A stretch of DNA of 64,000 nucleotides, from NCBI RefSeq assembly GCF_006345805.1, contig NC_043001.1:108128001-108192000 (forward strand). The letters are read 5' to 3'. Within the stretch, counting starts at the first letter, position 1; each line of letters begins with the position of its first letter. The position numbers and the translations under genes were made by a program. Below are positions 13,367 to 26,902 of this stretch, piece by piece. A model generated the notes under the pieces. It saw only the letters and a program-made list of their open reading frames with translations, was not told the origin of the DNA and ran no database searches. The DNA is from Octopus sinensis (lineage: Eukaryota).

Positions 13367-13730
13367 CTCTTTACTCTTTTACTCTTTTACTTGTTTCAGT
13401 CATTTGACTGCGGCCATGCTGGAGCACCGCCTTTAATCGAGCAACTCGACCCCGGGACTTATTCTTTTTGTAAGCCCAGTACTTATTCTATCGGTCTCTT
13501 TTGCCGAACCGCTAAGTAACGGGGACATAAACATACCAGCATCGGTTGTCAAGCAATGCTAGAGGGACGAACACAGACACACAAACACACACACATACAT
13601 ATATATACATATATACGACAGGCTTCTTTCAGTTTCCGTCTACCAAATCCACTCACAAGGCTTTGGTCGGCCCGAGGCTATAGCAGAAGACACTCGCCCA
13701 AGGTGCCACGCAGTGGGACTGAACCCGGAA
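13367..13730 (-). mobile_element. SINE family A (5' end missing)
   Basis: Reverse complement of the family A consensus. Confidence 0.85.
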
Positions 13731-14054
13731 TATGATATATTTTAGAATTTTCATGTATTAATAAATTATTTACAATGGACGGATAGGTACCCTCACATTG
13801 TTTGTTGTTAGCACAACATTTCGGCTGATGTACACTACAGGATTGGGGTCGAAATTCCACCAGAACACCTGATGAAGGCTAGAGAGTACATCAGGTGCGA
13901 ACACCTATCCGTCCATTGTAAATAATGTGCATAATTCCTCATCTCAAAAATATAGAATAGGATTAATTAATTAATATCAGACAGTCCTTGCTTTAAAAAT
14001 GTATTCATTTGAAGTGGTTAAAGAAAAATTAGTTCGTTAATTTTCATAGCTTGT

Positions 14055-14310
14055 ATTATAAATGTTCCTTCTCGAGCCATGCCAGGCTCATAAGGGCCCG
14101 GTTTCCCGGTTTCAGTAGCGTATATACTCCCCACCTGGACGGGACGCCGGTCCGTCGCAGCGTTACTCATTTTTGCCAGCTGAGTGGACTGGAGCGACGT
14201 GAAGTGAAGTGTTTTGCTCAAAAACACAACGCATCGCCCGGTCCAGGAATCGAAACCACAACCTTACGATCATGAGTTCAACACCCTAACAACTAAGCCA
14301 CGCGCTTCCG
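14055..14310 (-). mobile_element. SINE family C variant
   Basis: 10-bp TSD CATAGCTTGT at 14045-14054 and 14311-14320. Confidence 0.85.
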
Positions 14311-14507
14311 CATAGCTTGTGTTTTATTTTAAGTATATTTTTAGTCTGTCGTCACAAAACCGGAAAATCTAAAATTCTGGGCCACTTCCGATCCCAAGCT
14401 TTCCGAATATTTGGTCTAATACTGTATATGTATATATGTGCATATCTATGCACACACACGCACATACACATACACACACATATACGTATGTATGTTTTTA
14501 TGTATGC

Positions 14508-14555
<48 letters not shown>

Positions 14556-16937
14556 GTATGTACCTATGTATATGTGTATATATATACGTACATATTTGTG
14601 TGTGTATGTATGTATATTATATATATATATATATATAAGTATGCATGAATGTATAGATGTATACACGCATGCGTTTAGAGAATAAGTTTAGCCGACGCAT
14701 CAATGTATTAACTCTTATGTGAAATAGTCAAAATATATTCGGATGTGTGGGCCATCGCTACACAATGATTATTTTGTCTTATACTAAAGCTAGCATTTCA
14801 TTTACACATTTGGTAGTATATCAAAAGTAACAGATACGCCATATTGCTAGGCTATATATTGCTAGGCGTTACATCAAGTATTCGAAATAGATAAAAATGA
14901 CTGAACACGTTTGAACAATTGAGGCTAAGAACTATTTCGCCAAGACACTATCGAGATAAGTCAAATCTTCTGCCAATGTTCATGCCATTTTCTTAAGGAG
15001 TGTTTAATCTCATAAAACACATTGGCTGACATGCAGACTTATCTAACTGACCACCATTTTGTATATTCTTTTTGGATATATTTTATATATATATATTGCC
15101 ACCAGTATCAAGCATAAAGGCGATACGCCAACGTGTAAGCGGTCGCATGTTCTGCTAGAAATAGCAAATAAATTTCACTGAAATCACACTCTATTCTCTT
15201 CTATTTTAAGAAATAAAATTAACGATGTGACCAAGGTTGGATTGCCTTTGGTCCTTGTTTTTTATTTTTTATTTTCATCAAACGCGCTGGGATAATAATC
15301 CAACGAGGGAGCAGCCGCGCGTTCTGCTAGAAACAGCAAGCAAAATTCACTCAAATTACACACCAGGGTTGGATTGCCTTTAGTCGTAGGTTTTTTCACC
15401 AGCAATGACCTCGGATTTGGCATTTAGAAGACTGAACCGATAACCTCTTGGAACCAATCAGCAAAAAAGCTTTTACTCGGTCAGAGCTGACTTCGGACCG
15501 TTTTTTAATTACGTTAGAGATTCATTCTCGGAGGTTTCTTTCCTAGGAAGGAACGAAATACCATATCCAAGTCGCTCATACAGTCTCAAATTCATGGTTC
15601 TAACAGCAAAGAGAAACTGTAAATAACTTTCAATCGAAGAAGTTACTCAAGACAGTTCTCGCAAACAGCATATCGTTGGTGCTGACAAATCTAAGCGTTT
15701 CTCTTCCGGTTCCTTTTTTTAATTTCTCTCTAGTAATTTCTACCAATAGTTTTCTTTTTATTGATTTTCTTTTCGTATTTTTCTGACACTGACTTAATAT
15801 TCTTTTTCCGATTTGTACTCCGCCTGTTATTTATTAAATCCCACCCCTTTTTTTTAACTAAGAATAAACTCCCTGATTCGTGGAAATTAGTTCTAGTCTG
15901 CGTCAGTTGGTGCAAACAGCTCCACTCCACTGCGAAGGTCACCCCTGAAACGTTCGATTCTTTACCTTCACTCATCACAACAAATGAACTTGCCAAACGC
16001 CGACGTCAAACTCTCCAATCTTAAGCCAGTGATCTTTTACAAGTAAACCCATCTGTGATGGGAATGAAGCATTAAGTTTCTGATAACGAATTCTCTGTTG
16101 ACCATATAGAACACAACTTGTGGTCTGAATAACTGACTATATGATACTATGGCAATCCTATAACATTTCTAATTACTGAATAAAGAAACCCTGTCTAAAT
16201 AAAATCTGATCAACTGGGTTCGATTCAACCACTTCTGAGCCTCAGAACTGGTCGAGAGTACGCAGACCATTTGATGAACCCGAATGGCGAAGGTGCGGCA
16301 TACCAACAAAATCCCACGTTGGTCTATGAGGGACAATAGCAAGCATTTGCTCTCTGATTCTTAACGTATCTGCGCAGTTTTCCAGTAACTGAAAAGATTT
16401 TGTGTCTAAGCAGTTGAACAGAAGTGGCTAATATCTACATTACTTTGGTGATGTACGGCCGCTTGGGTGTCTTACTTTATATCAAGACTCATCTGACCAG
16501 ACTGAAGGGCATGCTTTCCTGCATCTTATGGAAGTGGACAAGTTGCCCTGAACAGGAAATTTATATGTTTCTAACAACCAGGCAGCAATGGAGACACTGA
16601 CGAACAATGAACGAATGAGTCGTCTCTGTTCATCCGTTCTGCTTTTCGGGTGACCAGGATCGTCCTGGCAGATTTTATCGTGCTCGGTTGGTTCGTACTG
16701 GTATGGGAACGAATGGTTGACATACCCCGTGTTGGCGGGCACCGAACCTGGTGCTATTGATTGGAACAGATCAGAAGGCTGGTCATCGATCTCCAGCTTG
16801 CACGAGCACTCCTGTGAGTCTGTCATTTCGTTCGGTCGGAGATCTGAGTGTTTCAGTAACGATTCCCAGTAGACGCAACCATTGTCAGATGGCCCGTACT
16901 AATATTGCAAAGCATGCAAATCAGTCAGATGAACATA

Positions 16938-17230
16938 GTTTGTTCCTATTTCGAGCCATGCCTGGCTCATAAGGGCCGTTTTCCTTGGCGTATAGGTTCC
17001 CCACCTGGATGGGACGCCGATCCGTCGCAGGTGAGTTGCAAGATGCAGGAGGAAAGAGTGAGAGAAGTTTGTGGCGAAAGGGTCAGCAGAAGTTCGCCGT
17101 TACTTTCTGTCGGAGCCACGTGGAGCTTAGGTGTTTCGCTCATAAACACACACATCGCCCGGTCTGAGATTCGAACCCGCGATCCTCGACCGCGAGTCAG
17201 CTGCTCTAATCACTAGGCCATGTGCTCCAC
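16938..17230 (-). mobile_element. SINE family C variant
   Basis: 12-bp TSD CAGATGAACATA at 16926-16937 and 17231-17242. Confidence 0.85.
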
Positions 17231-17584
17231 CAGATGAACATACTAGGGTCAATATTATCGACCAACCCTTCCCACCAAATTTCAGGCCGTGAGCCTATAG
17301 CAGAAAAGTAAAGGTGGCGAGCCAACAAAATCGTTAGCACGCCAGAAAGAATGCTTAGCGGTGTAGCTAAGGTGGGGCCCAGTTAGAATTTTCTTCAGGT
17401 CGAGTAGCCCATCCCGCTCAAAAGGTCCTTGAATAAGGATTGTTTAAGGATGTGGAACGAAACACCCATGTTTCCAAAGGTAAATTAACCAAACTCCCAA
17501 AGAATTCTTTTGAACACCTGACTATGATGCTCCCCCACTATTTCTACTCGTGATCAGAGATGCACATATCGTCAGCCACTAAAT

Positions 17585-17624
<40 letters not shown>

Positions 17625-17659
17625 GCTCTCTGCTGCTGCTACTTCTACTACTACTACTA

Positions 17660-18108
17660 TTTACTTTTCATCTGCATATTTGTTACAATCACTTGCCGTC
17701 CTAGGACACCCAGGACGGATAAGAGATGTTACTGTATGACTGAAAGCTGATGGAGGGAAGCAGCAGGGGCAGTGGCGAAATATCGTCATGTAATACAGCA
17801 CAGACATTTAAATTGATACGGTTTTTCTAAGGATGTGGGCAGTAGTTGTAAGCACAATCTTTTGGATTTCTCTGAGACATGGTTCTCATCAGATGTTATT
17901 TAGATGTTTCTGACATTCCCTTTTTTATCATACCCAGGGTACCTACAATAGCAGCAACAACAGTTCTCGCTTTAAGATGCCACGTCTTTTGTATCTCAAT
18001 TTCCAGTTTCCAGGTCTTTATATTTACTTAATTTGTCAAATTTTCTTACATGTTTTTATCAGTGGAACACTTACATCTATTAGTCTACAAGTATTTTCTT
18101 CGCTTTCT

Positions 18109-18110
<2 letters not shown>
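17660..18110 (-). mobile_element. R4/Dong-like REL LINE, 3' fragment
   Basis: Frameshifted LIDVSVP...CLREIQKIVLTTTAHILRKTVSI*; bounded by (TAA)n and (TAG)n. Confidence 0.75.
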
Positions 18111-18180
<70 letters not shown>

Positions 18181-18545
18181 TCCTTCTTTCTTCAAATTTT
18201 CTTCCGTTTCTCGCCGAGTGTTTTCCGTATACCTGGGGCAGAGAAACTCATTGTACGCATTCCCAGATTACACACGCAAATTCACGGGTAAAATATGTAT
18301 TTAAAAAAATAATAAATAAATAAATTCATGAATGGATGTTGTTTTCACGGCGATAATGCTCTTCTCAGTACATGAGCCGTTCCAGTTAACACGATCTTTT
18401 TGCACTTCCTATAGGCCTGGTATTATTATTATTTTTTTTTCTTCTTCTTCTTTCAAATTTGCTTCCATTTCTTGCCGAGTGTCTTCCCGACTCCTAGGGC
18501 AAAGAAACTTATAGTATACATTGGTAGGCCATTAAACCAAACTCA

Positions 18546-18629
<84 letters not shown>

Positions 18630-19770
18630 TCATATATACTCAACAGATTAGACTGTTGGAAAAGAAAAAAATCCTAACATCGGGCTACAACAAGTAGCCT
18701 TAGATGACAAGAACCCTCCTATCAGGTTACAGCAAGTAACCATAGATGCCAAGATGCCTCCTAAGTATTCTAGCTGTTCTTAATAACGCTGTTTTCTGCA
18801 GCTGTACTAAACTGGGTTTTATGCCTATATCCTCTGTCAATCTGTTCAGATCTTTAAGGATAGTTCCCGATGCACTTATAATTACTGGGATATATTTTAC
18901 CCGCTCTTTCCATAGCCTCTGTAATTCAATGACTAGGTCCTGGTACTTTGCTATTTTCTCTATACTTCTCATATTAATTTTTTTCATCATTTGGGACAGT
19001 AAAATCAATTATCTGGCACTTCCTAATCTCTTTATCTACTAAATCAAGCCTTCTAACGTCTATTACCCTGTTAGTCTGAATGTTAAAGTCCCACAACATC
19101 TTGTATTTCCTACTTTCTAGTACTTTACTAGTTTCATGTTCATATCATTTATCAGTATGTTCAGATCCTAGTTTTCTACATAGCTCCCTGTGGATTACTT
19201 TTCCTAGATTGCCATGGCTTTTCTTGTATTCTTTCTGTGCCAATATACTACATTCACTTACTAAATGAGTAACGCTCTCCTCTTTTGCTTTGCATAATCT
19301 ACATTGGGAATCTACCTGGTTTTTGTCTATCTTGGTTGTTATCCAATTAGTCCTTGAGGCTTGATCTTGTGCAGCTACTAACAAACTTTCTGTCTTCCTC
19401 TTCAGCTTTCCTTTCTGCAACCATAACCTTGTCTCACTACTATTTGCTGCAACTATCTTTGTAGATCTACCATGCAGCGCCTTCTCGTACCTGTCAGATA
19501 ATTTCTGTTCTTTTTTCTGATCTTTAAGTTCATTTGGTGTTTGGGTTTCCGTATACCTTGCTGTGACTCTAGCAGCTTTTAATAAATCCCTTCAGTATTA
19601 CCTACATAGGAGTCTATATCTACTCTAGCTAACTCTGCGCAGCCCTCCACTGATATTAACCCTCTTTCGCCTTCCTTCTTAGGTAGGTACAATCCTGCTA
19701 CTCGTGTCCTTCGGTGGAGTCCTCCATTCATATTGAATCCCTTCCTAGTTCTTCTATCTAGCTTTGCTAA
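18630..19770 (-). mobile_element. R4/Dong-like REL LINE, 5'-truncated and degenerate
   Basis: GLYLPKKEGERGL post-RT motif, CCHC knuckle CRLCKAKEESVTHLVSEC, REL tail KYQDL...QKTALLRTARILRRHL; (TAA)n at both ends. Confidence 0.9.
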
Positions 19771-20291
19771 TTATTATCATTATCATTATTATTATAAGCT
19801 ATGAGAAACGAACTATGCATAATATTAATTAGAATGTCAGGCGCCATAAGCAAAATAATCAGTTGAATTGAAGATATTCACGGAGATGCACTGGAATTCT
19901 GTACAGAGAAGTCTCTTGATTCCAGAAGGAAATGTCAAAAACAAATCAAATACACGAACGAAAAGAAGACGTGAAAAGAAAACTCTAATATTCTTTGAGA
20001 AAAAACAGATGAGGATTACGTTGTCGTCCCACAAGAGACTCAACATGGCTTGATGCGATGTTTCGTTTTATTAATTGCTGTTTATTCAAAGATTTATTTG
20101 TTTAATTATATTTGCGACCGTATAAAGGGTTTCCTTGTTCGAGAAGTCAAAACTAAACACGTTTTTTTTTTAAATATGAAGTTTGTTTCAATTAGTGAAA
20201 CTCCTCATTGTTAAAAAGTTGCTCTGGATGGGTTAAATTTTTTTCTTCTTTTATACACACACATGTATATATATATATATATTATATATAT

Positions 20292-20424
<133 letters not shown>

Positions 20425-22331
20425 CCGGTAATCAAAAACATCAAACAGAACCCAAAAGTGTTCTATTCTTATGCAAATAAGCATAGAACCACTGTCTCAC
20501 CCATTGGGCCATTGATTGATGATAACGGCATTCCCCAACACGATGCTAAAGAAATGGCAGAAATACTGCAGAAACAATACTGCTCTGTCTTTAGTGTTCC
20601 CACTGATATTGACGTAAGAGAAGCGAACCAAGTTGACTTCCAACATAAAATCTCAGACATAACCTTCACTGCCACTGACATCATAGCAGCAATAAATGAG
20701 GTCAAATACTACTCTGCTGTAGGCCCTGATAGATTCCCCGCTAGTCTCCTGAAGGAATGTAGACACCAACTTGTAGTCCCTCTGACCAACCTGGATAAAT
20801 TCGTTAGACGCAGGTTATATACCGAAACAGTTTCTATCCCAGTCAGTCATCCCGGTTTTCAAACAGGGAAACAGATCCCTCGCATTCAACTATCGCCCAA
20901 TCTTACTCACCTCCCACATCATTAAAGTGTTTGAAAGAGTGTTAAGATCAAGGATAGCTGACTTCCTGGAGACCCACAATCTCCTAAATGCAAATCAGCA
21001 TGGCTTTCACTGTGGCAGGGACTGTCTAACACAGTTCTCACACCACATTGAAGATGTACTCAAAGCCTTGGGAACAGGTTCGAACTCTGATGTCATATAT
21101 CTTGACTTCAGTAAAGCGTTCGACAGGGTAGACCATAATATCCTACTCTCAAAATTGGCAAATGTTGGAATCCGTGGAAAAGTTCTACACTGGATTAAGT
21201 ATTTCCTGGCGAATAGAACACAACATGTTGTAGTTGATGGAGTCCACTCAAGCCCAGCAAAAGTCACCAGCGGTGTTCCCCAAGGGACTGTCTTGGGTCC
21301 GCTACTCTTCATAATTTACATAAACGACCTTTCCAGTGTCGTACATTACTGCTGATGACACTAAGCTCCAGCAAATCGTCAATGAAGAAGCAGACCGAAC
21401 TCAACTCCAGTCTGATCTATATGCTGTGAGTCAATGGGCAGACAGAAACAAAATGCAACTGAACGAGGGAAAATTTGAGCTGATGCATTTTGGAAGAAAT
21501 TCCTCACTAAAACAGCCATACTCTCTTCCTTCAAGGAAACCGCTCACAGCCTCTAACAATATCAGAGACCTGGGTGTAATTGTTGATGACGATCTCAGTT
21601 GGAGTGCACACATCAACAAGAAGGTCGATATAGCTCGTAGGATGAGTTCCTGGATCTTAAGAACTTTCCGGTCCAGAGAACAAGGTGTCATCATACCACT
21701 TTTCTCCTCCTTTGTACGGCCACACCTCGAATACTGCTGCCCACTGTGGTCTCCCCATACAAGACAAAACATCTCGAGGATTGAATCACCCCAGAGGGCC
21801 TCACTAAACGAATTGAAGGCATGGCTGCTCTCGATTATTGGGACCGCCTTAAAGCCTTGAAACTCTACTCTCTCCAGCGTCGCCGTGAGCGGTACATCAT
21901 TTGTACGATGTGGAGAATATACCGCCAACTTTGCCCAAACGACCTGAACATTAGCTTCAAGGTTCATCCAAGACTGGGACCACGGGCCATACGTCCCCTG
22001 CCCAATTCAAGATCACAGCATACATGTACACTGCAACATAATTTCTTTTCCTCAACAGGCCCTGCCCTATTTAACATTGTCCCGAAAGAGATCAAATAGG
22101 AAAAGGATCCCATCAATTTTAAACGGAGTCTGGATAGATTCCTTCAAGGAATACCAGATAAGCTACCCATAATTGGATACGACTCACCCAACAAAAATTC
22201 ACTACTTGAATGGACCATAAACAAAACTTGACTTAAACAGGATTCAAATAATCCTATCAGGTGGTGCTATTAAGTTAGACATAGCCTGGACCAATCATTG
22301 GTCGAAACATATCAAAGTTTATCTAAGTTTA
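20425..22331 (+). mobile_element. CR1/Jockey-group LINE, 5'-truncated, frameshifted RT
   Basis: YLDFSKAFDRVDH, SGVPQGTVLGPLLFIIYINDL, frameshifted Y-ADD, RPHLEYCCPLWSPH; embedded in (TA)n. Confidence 0.92.
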
Positions 22332-22378
22332 TATACATATATATATATACATATATATATATACATATATATATATAT

Positions 22379-22468
<90 letters not shown>

Positions 22469-22632
22469 TATATATATTATATATATATATATATATATTA
22501 TATATGTTTATGTATATATATATATATATATCTTGTTTGCGTTCTTTATGGGCGCCTTAAATATATATGAAGCCCCCCATTAACATTTTAATTTTTTTTT
22601 TATATATCTGTGTGGAGGCGGAGTGCTAACTA

Positions 22633-23010
22633 TTTACTAGTTTCAGTCATTAGACTGCGGCCACGCTGGTGCACCGCCTTGAAGAATTATAGTAGAACGA
22701 ATTGACCCCAGTACTAATTTATTGATTGATTTATTTATTTTGCTTTGTTTTGTAAGCCTGATACTTATTCTAAAGGTGTCTTTCGCCGAACCGCTAGGTT
22801 CCGGGGATGTAAACACACCAACACAAGTTGGGGACAAACACAGACACATATGACAGGCTTCTTTCAGTTTCCGTCAACCAAATCCATTTACAAGGCTTTG
22901 ATCGGTCCGAGGCTATAGTAGAAAACACTTGCCCAAGGTACCACGAAATGGGATTGAACCCGGGATGATGCAGTTGGGAAGCAAGATTCTTACCACCCAG
23001 CCACACCTGC
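22633..23010 (-). mobile_element. SINE family A, diverged
   Basis: Reverse complement of the family A consensus. Confidence 0.75.
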
Positions 23011-24059
23011 AAACTTTTACGTGTCTCATTTATCAGACTGAGACCATACTGGGGCACGGCCTCAAAGAATGTAAGATTCTTGTGCCAAACCATTAAGAGG
23101 AGGTAAACACACCAATACGAACTGATTAGATTTTGGGATCGATTCGGTACCGGACAACGATTCTGAATTATGTCTCCTGTTTTTTTTCACTTAAGTTTCA
23201 TTTTTAGTATTCCCGTTTGTGAAAGCAGTCGGGTTTATTTCAGATATTCTCATTTCAAAAATTGTCTCTGGCTAATCGTCAAGAGAACGTTGGTGTTGCC
23301 TTGGCGGAGGTTTGCGCTCTCTTATTGTTCTTGTTATTATTATTTCATGTAAGGACTTGGCAGTTAAAATTTGCTCTCTGGTAGGTCAAAGATAGTTTCA
23401 AGGGCCAACTTTGGCAGATTGCTGGTAATGACACACACACATATGCATGCATCCACATACATATTTACTTGCACAAGCACATCCTTACTCGCACACACAC
23501 ACACACACACACGCTCACATACATACATAGGTTAACGACATATTGTATATACTGAATATGTGCGTGTGCCTCCATGCAAGTGTATCCGAATATACTCTTA
23601 AGTTGAAGAGATCGCTTCTTAACCGTTCAAGCGGAGTAATTTTTATTTTTTTCTTAGAAGCAATCTAACTCAGGCGCTCAGAAATTTCGAGTCGCTGCCC
23701 GGCGTACTGGAAGACCACAGAGGAAGAGGCACCCCTGATCTTCTGTTAAAAATACATCTCTAAGAGAAAGTTCTTCTGAGCATAAAATCGAGCAACCAGA
23801 GAATAGAACTCCCACATTCGTCAGCCCGCAGCCCATATTGGCACTACATATTTTACCTCACTTTGTGTTTGCTTCAGGTCAATATGGAAAAAAGGGTCAG
23901 TAAACTGTCCTGCAAGCCTTATTGAACCTAAAATTTTGCACATGCATTTCTTTGTCAGTAATGGTCAAACTATCACATATATGGCTGTATGGTAAGAAGT
24001 CTTTCAGTCGTTTCTGGAATAACCCAAGTGTTAGGTTAACATGTCCATGCACTGGGTAT

Positions 24060-24672
24060 TCCGTCACCAGAGACAAGCTATGAAAATTTTAGACAGGGAA
24101 AGAATTTACAGCTTATCCCAGTTGCAAAGAGATGATCTTCTTTGTGAAACTTCGCTGGATTGCTTCAAAGTTTGCTGTAAATTTTACACAGTGGGGTGAC
24201 CATAGCTGGGAGCAACAATCAAGGCACTGAGAACGAATGTCCTCCAGAGGACCATCATGGGTTCCTTCTCTCTGTTACTGAACGTTCTCAGGATCCATCC
24301 AGCCAGCTGTCTGCACTTTGTCACCAACCTGGTAATGTGCACTTGGTAAGAGGCATCATCACTCATGTCGATACCCAGGTCCCACACTGATTTAGGGTCT
24401 GGGATTGTAATCCCCTGTGGGCCAGTGTACCCTGTAAGTTTTATATTAAGTTTTGGACGCTGGTAGCGCAGGGCTTGGAATTTTACAGCATTAAACTGCA
24501 TATTATTGTTCTCAGCCCATCTGTAGATTGAGTCCAACTCCTGCTGCAGGTGTGCAACATCGCTGGGATTCTGGCTTTTCTGCGAGACTTTCGTATCATC
24601 TGCATAGCTTGCAAGGGTGGCGATCCGGGAAGCTAAGAGGGTCACTATGAAAAGCAGTGGTCCCAGGACACT
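24060..24672 (-). mobile_element. CR1-like LINE RT fragment
   Basis: SVLGPLLFI, SYADDTKVSQK, MQFNAVKF, WILRTF; boundaries approximate. Confidence 0.85.
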
Positions 24673-25217
24673 ATCAATATTTATTTATATTTTATTCTTA
24701 CCTTTTACGACTATGTTTTTTCATTCCTTTCTCCTACCTTTATATATATATACGCGGCAGGGAGACTTGCGTACTCTTATGATCCCTAGAGCATGTGCTA
24801 GTGGGGGACGTGTTCCTCTGGTAGGTTTAACCTTGCTGGTTTGGTCGAAGAGGAGGAATCAGACTAAAGTATATACATCGGCTCTCCAGATTCGGGGGTT
24901 GTGCTATAGGCTAATACCCTATACACGTAAAAATACACCTGTTACAGAAACCAACAACAGTTCATTTAACACTAATATATATATATATATATACACAATA
25001 TGTTCGCTGCCATTCCCTGTATATCTGATTTTACGACAGGGTGATCTTCTCTTAGAGCAGTGTTTTAACGGCTCACAGTCAGTGATCTTCCACCACACTG
25101 GACACCAACCCGGAATCTCTAAGAACCCATGCTACTGAAAAATATCGTTCAAGCTACACCAGCTGTACTGGATTCCATGTTACCAGTAGAATCCACGAGA
25201 TACCTCCTCACTAGTGA

Positions 25218-25387
25218 CATACATACATACATACATACATACATACATACATACATACATACATACATACATACATACATACATACATACATACATACAT
25301 ACATACATACATACATACATACATACATACATACATACATACATACATACATACATACATACATACATACATACATACATACATACA

Positions 25388-25416
<29 letters not shown>
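25218..25416. repeat. (CATA)n microsatellite
   Basis: About 200 bp of pure tetranucleotide repeat. Confidence 0.95.
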
Positions 25417-25418
<2 letters not shown>

Positions 25419-25420
<2 letters not shown>

Positions 25421-26275
25421 CCCACATCATAAGCTGTTGCCCGAAAATGTCATCGTGGCATTATCTACCGATAAGACATGACTTTGTAGCTAGGACACTG
25501 CATAATAAAATCCGTCGGAATGATAACCCCGAGGACAAAGAAATAAGAAACCACAATATTGTAGAAGCCATAGCCACTAATACTAAAAAGAAATACTGGT
25601 GGAATGTCCCAGTGAAAACCTCAATAAAATGTAAGCACAACAGACCTGATATAATGATTTGGGATAGAGAAGAGAAACTGTTCGCAGTTGTGGAAATTAG
25701 CTGCCCAGAAGATGTTAACATAAAGCTGAAGATTAGTGAAAAAGTGGACACCTATGCTGAACAATTGAGAAATCTGAGGTTACTCTATCCAGATTACAAG
25801 TTCAGGTTCATACCTGTAATTATTGAGACTCTGGGATATGTAACACACTGCCTAAATACCAACCTTGAGAAATTAGGCTTCTCAAAACCTGAAAGCATAA
25901 AGCTAATTCGAAGACTACAGATCCAATCCATCACTGGAACTGTAAAAGTCTGTAAAACTTTTCAGAAGTTTATCATTTAAGTATATATAAATATGTCTAG
26001 ATATGCAATTATATGCATGAGAATACCTACACAAAGCAAAGCATACAATTCTGCACATATACATACATATATATACCCACGCTTATCCCCCATTTTTTAG
26101 GAGGGGGTCACCACAACAAGACACACGCTAGGCATTCCGTTCATTTCATACAAACAAAAATACTGTTGTTGATGTTGAAATTCCAATGAAGGAGGTTTGG
26201 ATCTAGATTAGAAACCGGCTCTTTATCGGCAAGAAATCTTGAAATAAAACTGAACAATGACGTACATACCTACAT
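25419..26275 (+). mobile_element. R4/Dong-like REL LINE, 5'-truncated, C-terminal ORF uninterrupted
   Basis: HIISCCP...RHD...NRPDIMIWDREEKLFAVVEISCP (PD-(D/E)xK-type nuclease) open to TAA at 25980; preceded by (CATA)n. The 3' UTR end near the CATA-like tail at 26261-26275 is approximate. Confidence 0.88.
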
Positions 26276-26283
26276 GAATGCAT

Positions 26284-26317
<34 letters not shown>

Positions 26318-26499
26318 TATCGCTGATTTTTCACAAACGTGAAAAAATATTTTTATGAGTGTTAAGAATTAAAACTGAACCGTCTAAGGGAAACAACTCC
26401 TATGTGAAAGACGATCGCTGGTTACGTTGTGGTAGTCGAAGTTAATTTCTTAACGGGACTGTTTACCCCCAATAATGAATTGGCGTAGACTATTCTTTT

Positions 26500-26880
26500 C
26501 TACTCTAGACACAAGGCTCACAATTTTGGGGGAGGGGGCCAGTCGGTTAGATCGTCCCCGTTATGCAACTGGTACTTAATTTATCGTCCACGAAAGGATA
26601 AAAGGCAAAGTCGACGCCGGCGGAATTTGAACTCAGAACATAAAGACAGACGAAATACCTATTTTTTTACTACACACAAGGGGCTACACACAGAGGGGAC
26701 AAACGGATTAAGTCGAATATATCGACCCCAGTGCGTAACTGGCACTTATTTAATCGACCCCAAAAGGATGAAAGGCAAAGTCGACCTCGGCGGAATTTGA
26801 ATTTAGGACGTAACGGTAGACGAAATACCGGTAAGGATTTCGCCCGGCGTGCTATCGAATCTGCCAGCTCACCGGCTTAT
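26500..26880 (-). mobile_element. SINE family B partial dimer
   Basis: Two head-to-tail units joined at the AAATAG|GTATTTCGTCTG junction. Confidence 0.8.
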
Positions 26881-26902
26881 TGGGGTAGACTATTAAGAAA
26901 TT

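Noticed and set aside
25129-25980. 283-aa ORF as a novel repeat-domain nuclease gene
   Set aside because: It is a chance in-frame fusion of flank, (CATA)n and a 5'-truncated LINE; there is no evidence of a host gene.
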